A DNA stretch of 63,958 bases, filler included, from Reticulomyxa filosa (lineage: Eukaryota; Protista; Foraminifera), in the NCBI GenBank assembly GCA_000512085.1. It is 20 parts of 20 records of this genome, joined end to end, with 100 filler letters (N's around TTAATTAATTAA, not from the genome) between each part and the next. Parts side by side here need not be neighbours in the genome. Positions count along the whole stretch, not along the records: positions 62,959 to 63,958 come from ASPP01041922.1; 19 more parts are not named here. The stretch is one strand, 5' to 3'. The notes below the pieces were generated by a model. That model was not told where the DNA came from, ran no database searches, and saw only the letters and a list, made by a program, of their open reading frames with translations. The first letter of the stretch is position 1, and the number at the start of each line of letters is the position of its first letter. Shown here piece by piece: positions 62,959 to 63,958 of the stretch. Made by a program: the position numbers and the translations under genes.

Positions 62959-63870
62959 CAGCGCGCAGTTTTTAGTTCCTCGAGTCGAGCAATCGGTCCA
63001 AAAGATTAAACAACAACGCTCTTCCACGCAAACTACGAATAATGGAGAGGATAAAGGAGATGTCACTTTTTTGGATATGTTGGCACGTTTACATGTTGAC
63101 GGCATGTAGTATACGTATATACGTATACTATATACACACACATACACACATATAATATACGTATATACGTATACTATATACACACACACACATACACACA
63201 TATAATATACATAGGACACATATCAATGGAAGAGGCGTCCGAGCACTCATTAAATATTTTGCAAGCAGGTACGGATACTACGAGCAGCACAATGTGCTTT
63301 GCGATGTATTATTTGGCGAAATATCCCGACATTCAAGCGAAAGTGCGAGAGGAAATGCTAAGCACTTCTTCCGACGTCGCCTTGGCTGATTCGAATGAGC
63401 ACAACTTTTCCTATGGGCAATCCAGCGAAGTTCAATATACCACGGCGTTTCTGAAAGAGGTATTGCGATTGTATCCTGCCGCCCCTTTCTTTAGTCGCCG
63501 GGCTATCGAAGACGACTCATGGAATGGGTACCCCCTTCCCAAAGGGTCCATTGTTTGGATCAATCCGTACCAATTGGGTCGAAACAAAAAAGTTTGGGGT
63601 GACAATGTGTTGGAGTTCTCTCCGGAACGCTTCACTTCGAAAAGAAGAGGGAGTGAGAAACCATACGCATGGGTGCCCTTTGGCTCTGGGGCTCGACAAT
63701 GCATTGGGTTTCGTCTCAGCATGTTGGAAATGAAAATTGTGTTGTCACACTTGTTGAAACATTTTCAAATTACGTTTGAAAAAGAAAACCAAGTTCCCGA
63801 AATGAAAGAGGTTTTTGAATTTTTCCTGACCACCCAAGACCCTGTTGTGGTTAAATTCAAGAAACTTTGA
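62959..63870 (+). CDS. Cytochrome P450, C-terminal half
   Basis: AGTDTT (I-helix), KEVLRLYP (ExxR), FSPERF, PFGSGARQCIG (haem Cys). An upstream exon with FLDML precedes an intron ending at 63214. Confidence 0.97.
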
Positions 63871-63958
63871 TTGAGGATCGTGTGGTTAGAATGACAACAA
63901 CAATTAATAATAATAACAACAATAATGATAATGATATTTGGGCGATATAAAAAAAAAA

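Noticed and set aside
63102-63214. GC-AG intron and a 24-nt palindrome or tandem duplication in the P450 intron
   Set aside because: A GT donor in the same phase exists about 15 nt upstream, so a GC donor is not required. The palindrome is made of TA/TACG microsatellite.

Overview
This window is not one locus. It is 20 short contigs joined by an artificial 100-nt spacer (N44-TTAATTAATTAA-N44, stops in all six frames), so adjacency across a spacer has no biological meaning. Nineteen contigs are AT-rich, intron-containing eukaryotic DNA. EFL instead of EF-1alpha, expanded WD40/TPR families and homopolymer-rich short introns suggest a rhizarian, most likely a foraminiferan such as Reticulomyxa filosa (inference, not a database result). 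One contig (44834-45923) is GC-rich bacterial DNA. Recognisable genes: SET methyltransferase, two M1 aminopeptidases, CTD-small-phosphatase-like, CDC50, RhoGAP, purple acid phosphatase, RING-coiled-coil, GH99 endomannosidase, several WD40 paralogues, a PP4R1-like HEAT protein, kinesin, EFL and a cytochrome P450. There are also LINE relics, a MITE family and several pseudogenes. Several single-base frameshifts fall in homopolymers and look like sequencing errors. The most interesting signals are: (1) a PB1-like/caspase-fold/TPR gene whose 126-bp repeats are near-identical except for mostly non-synonymous changes on one helix face, a candidate diversifying sensor-protease; (2) a RanBP2-ZnF/RING/IBR module apparently fused to a Vps53-like tether that carries an ILEI/PANDER-like insertion; (3) a 59-unit pentamer array that is highly degenerate but has no indels; (4) a shared N-terminal adaptor-like motif on the WD40 family; (5) introns with U-tracts followed by A-tracts. 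All family assignments are by eye from remembered motifs.
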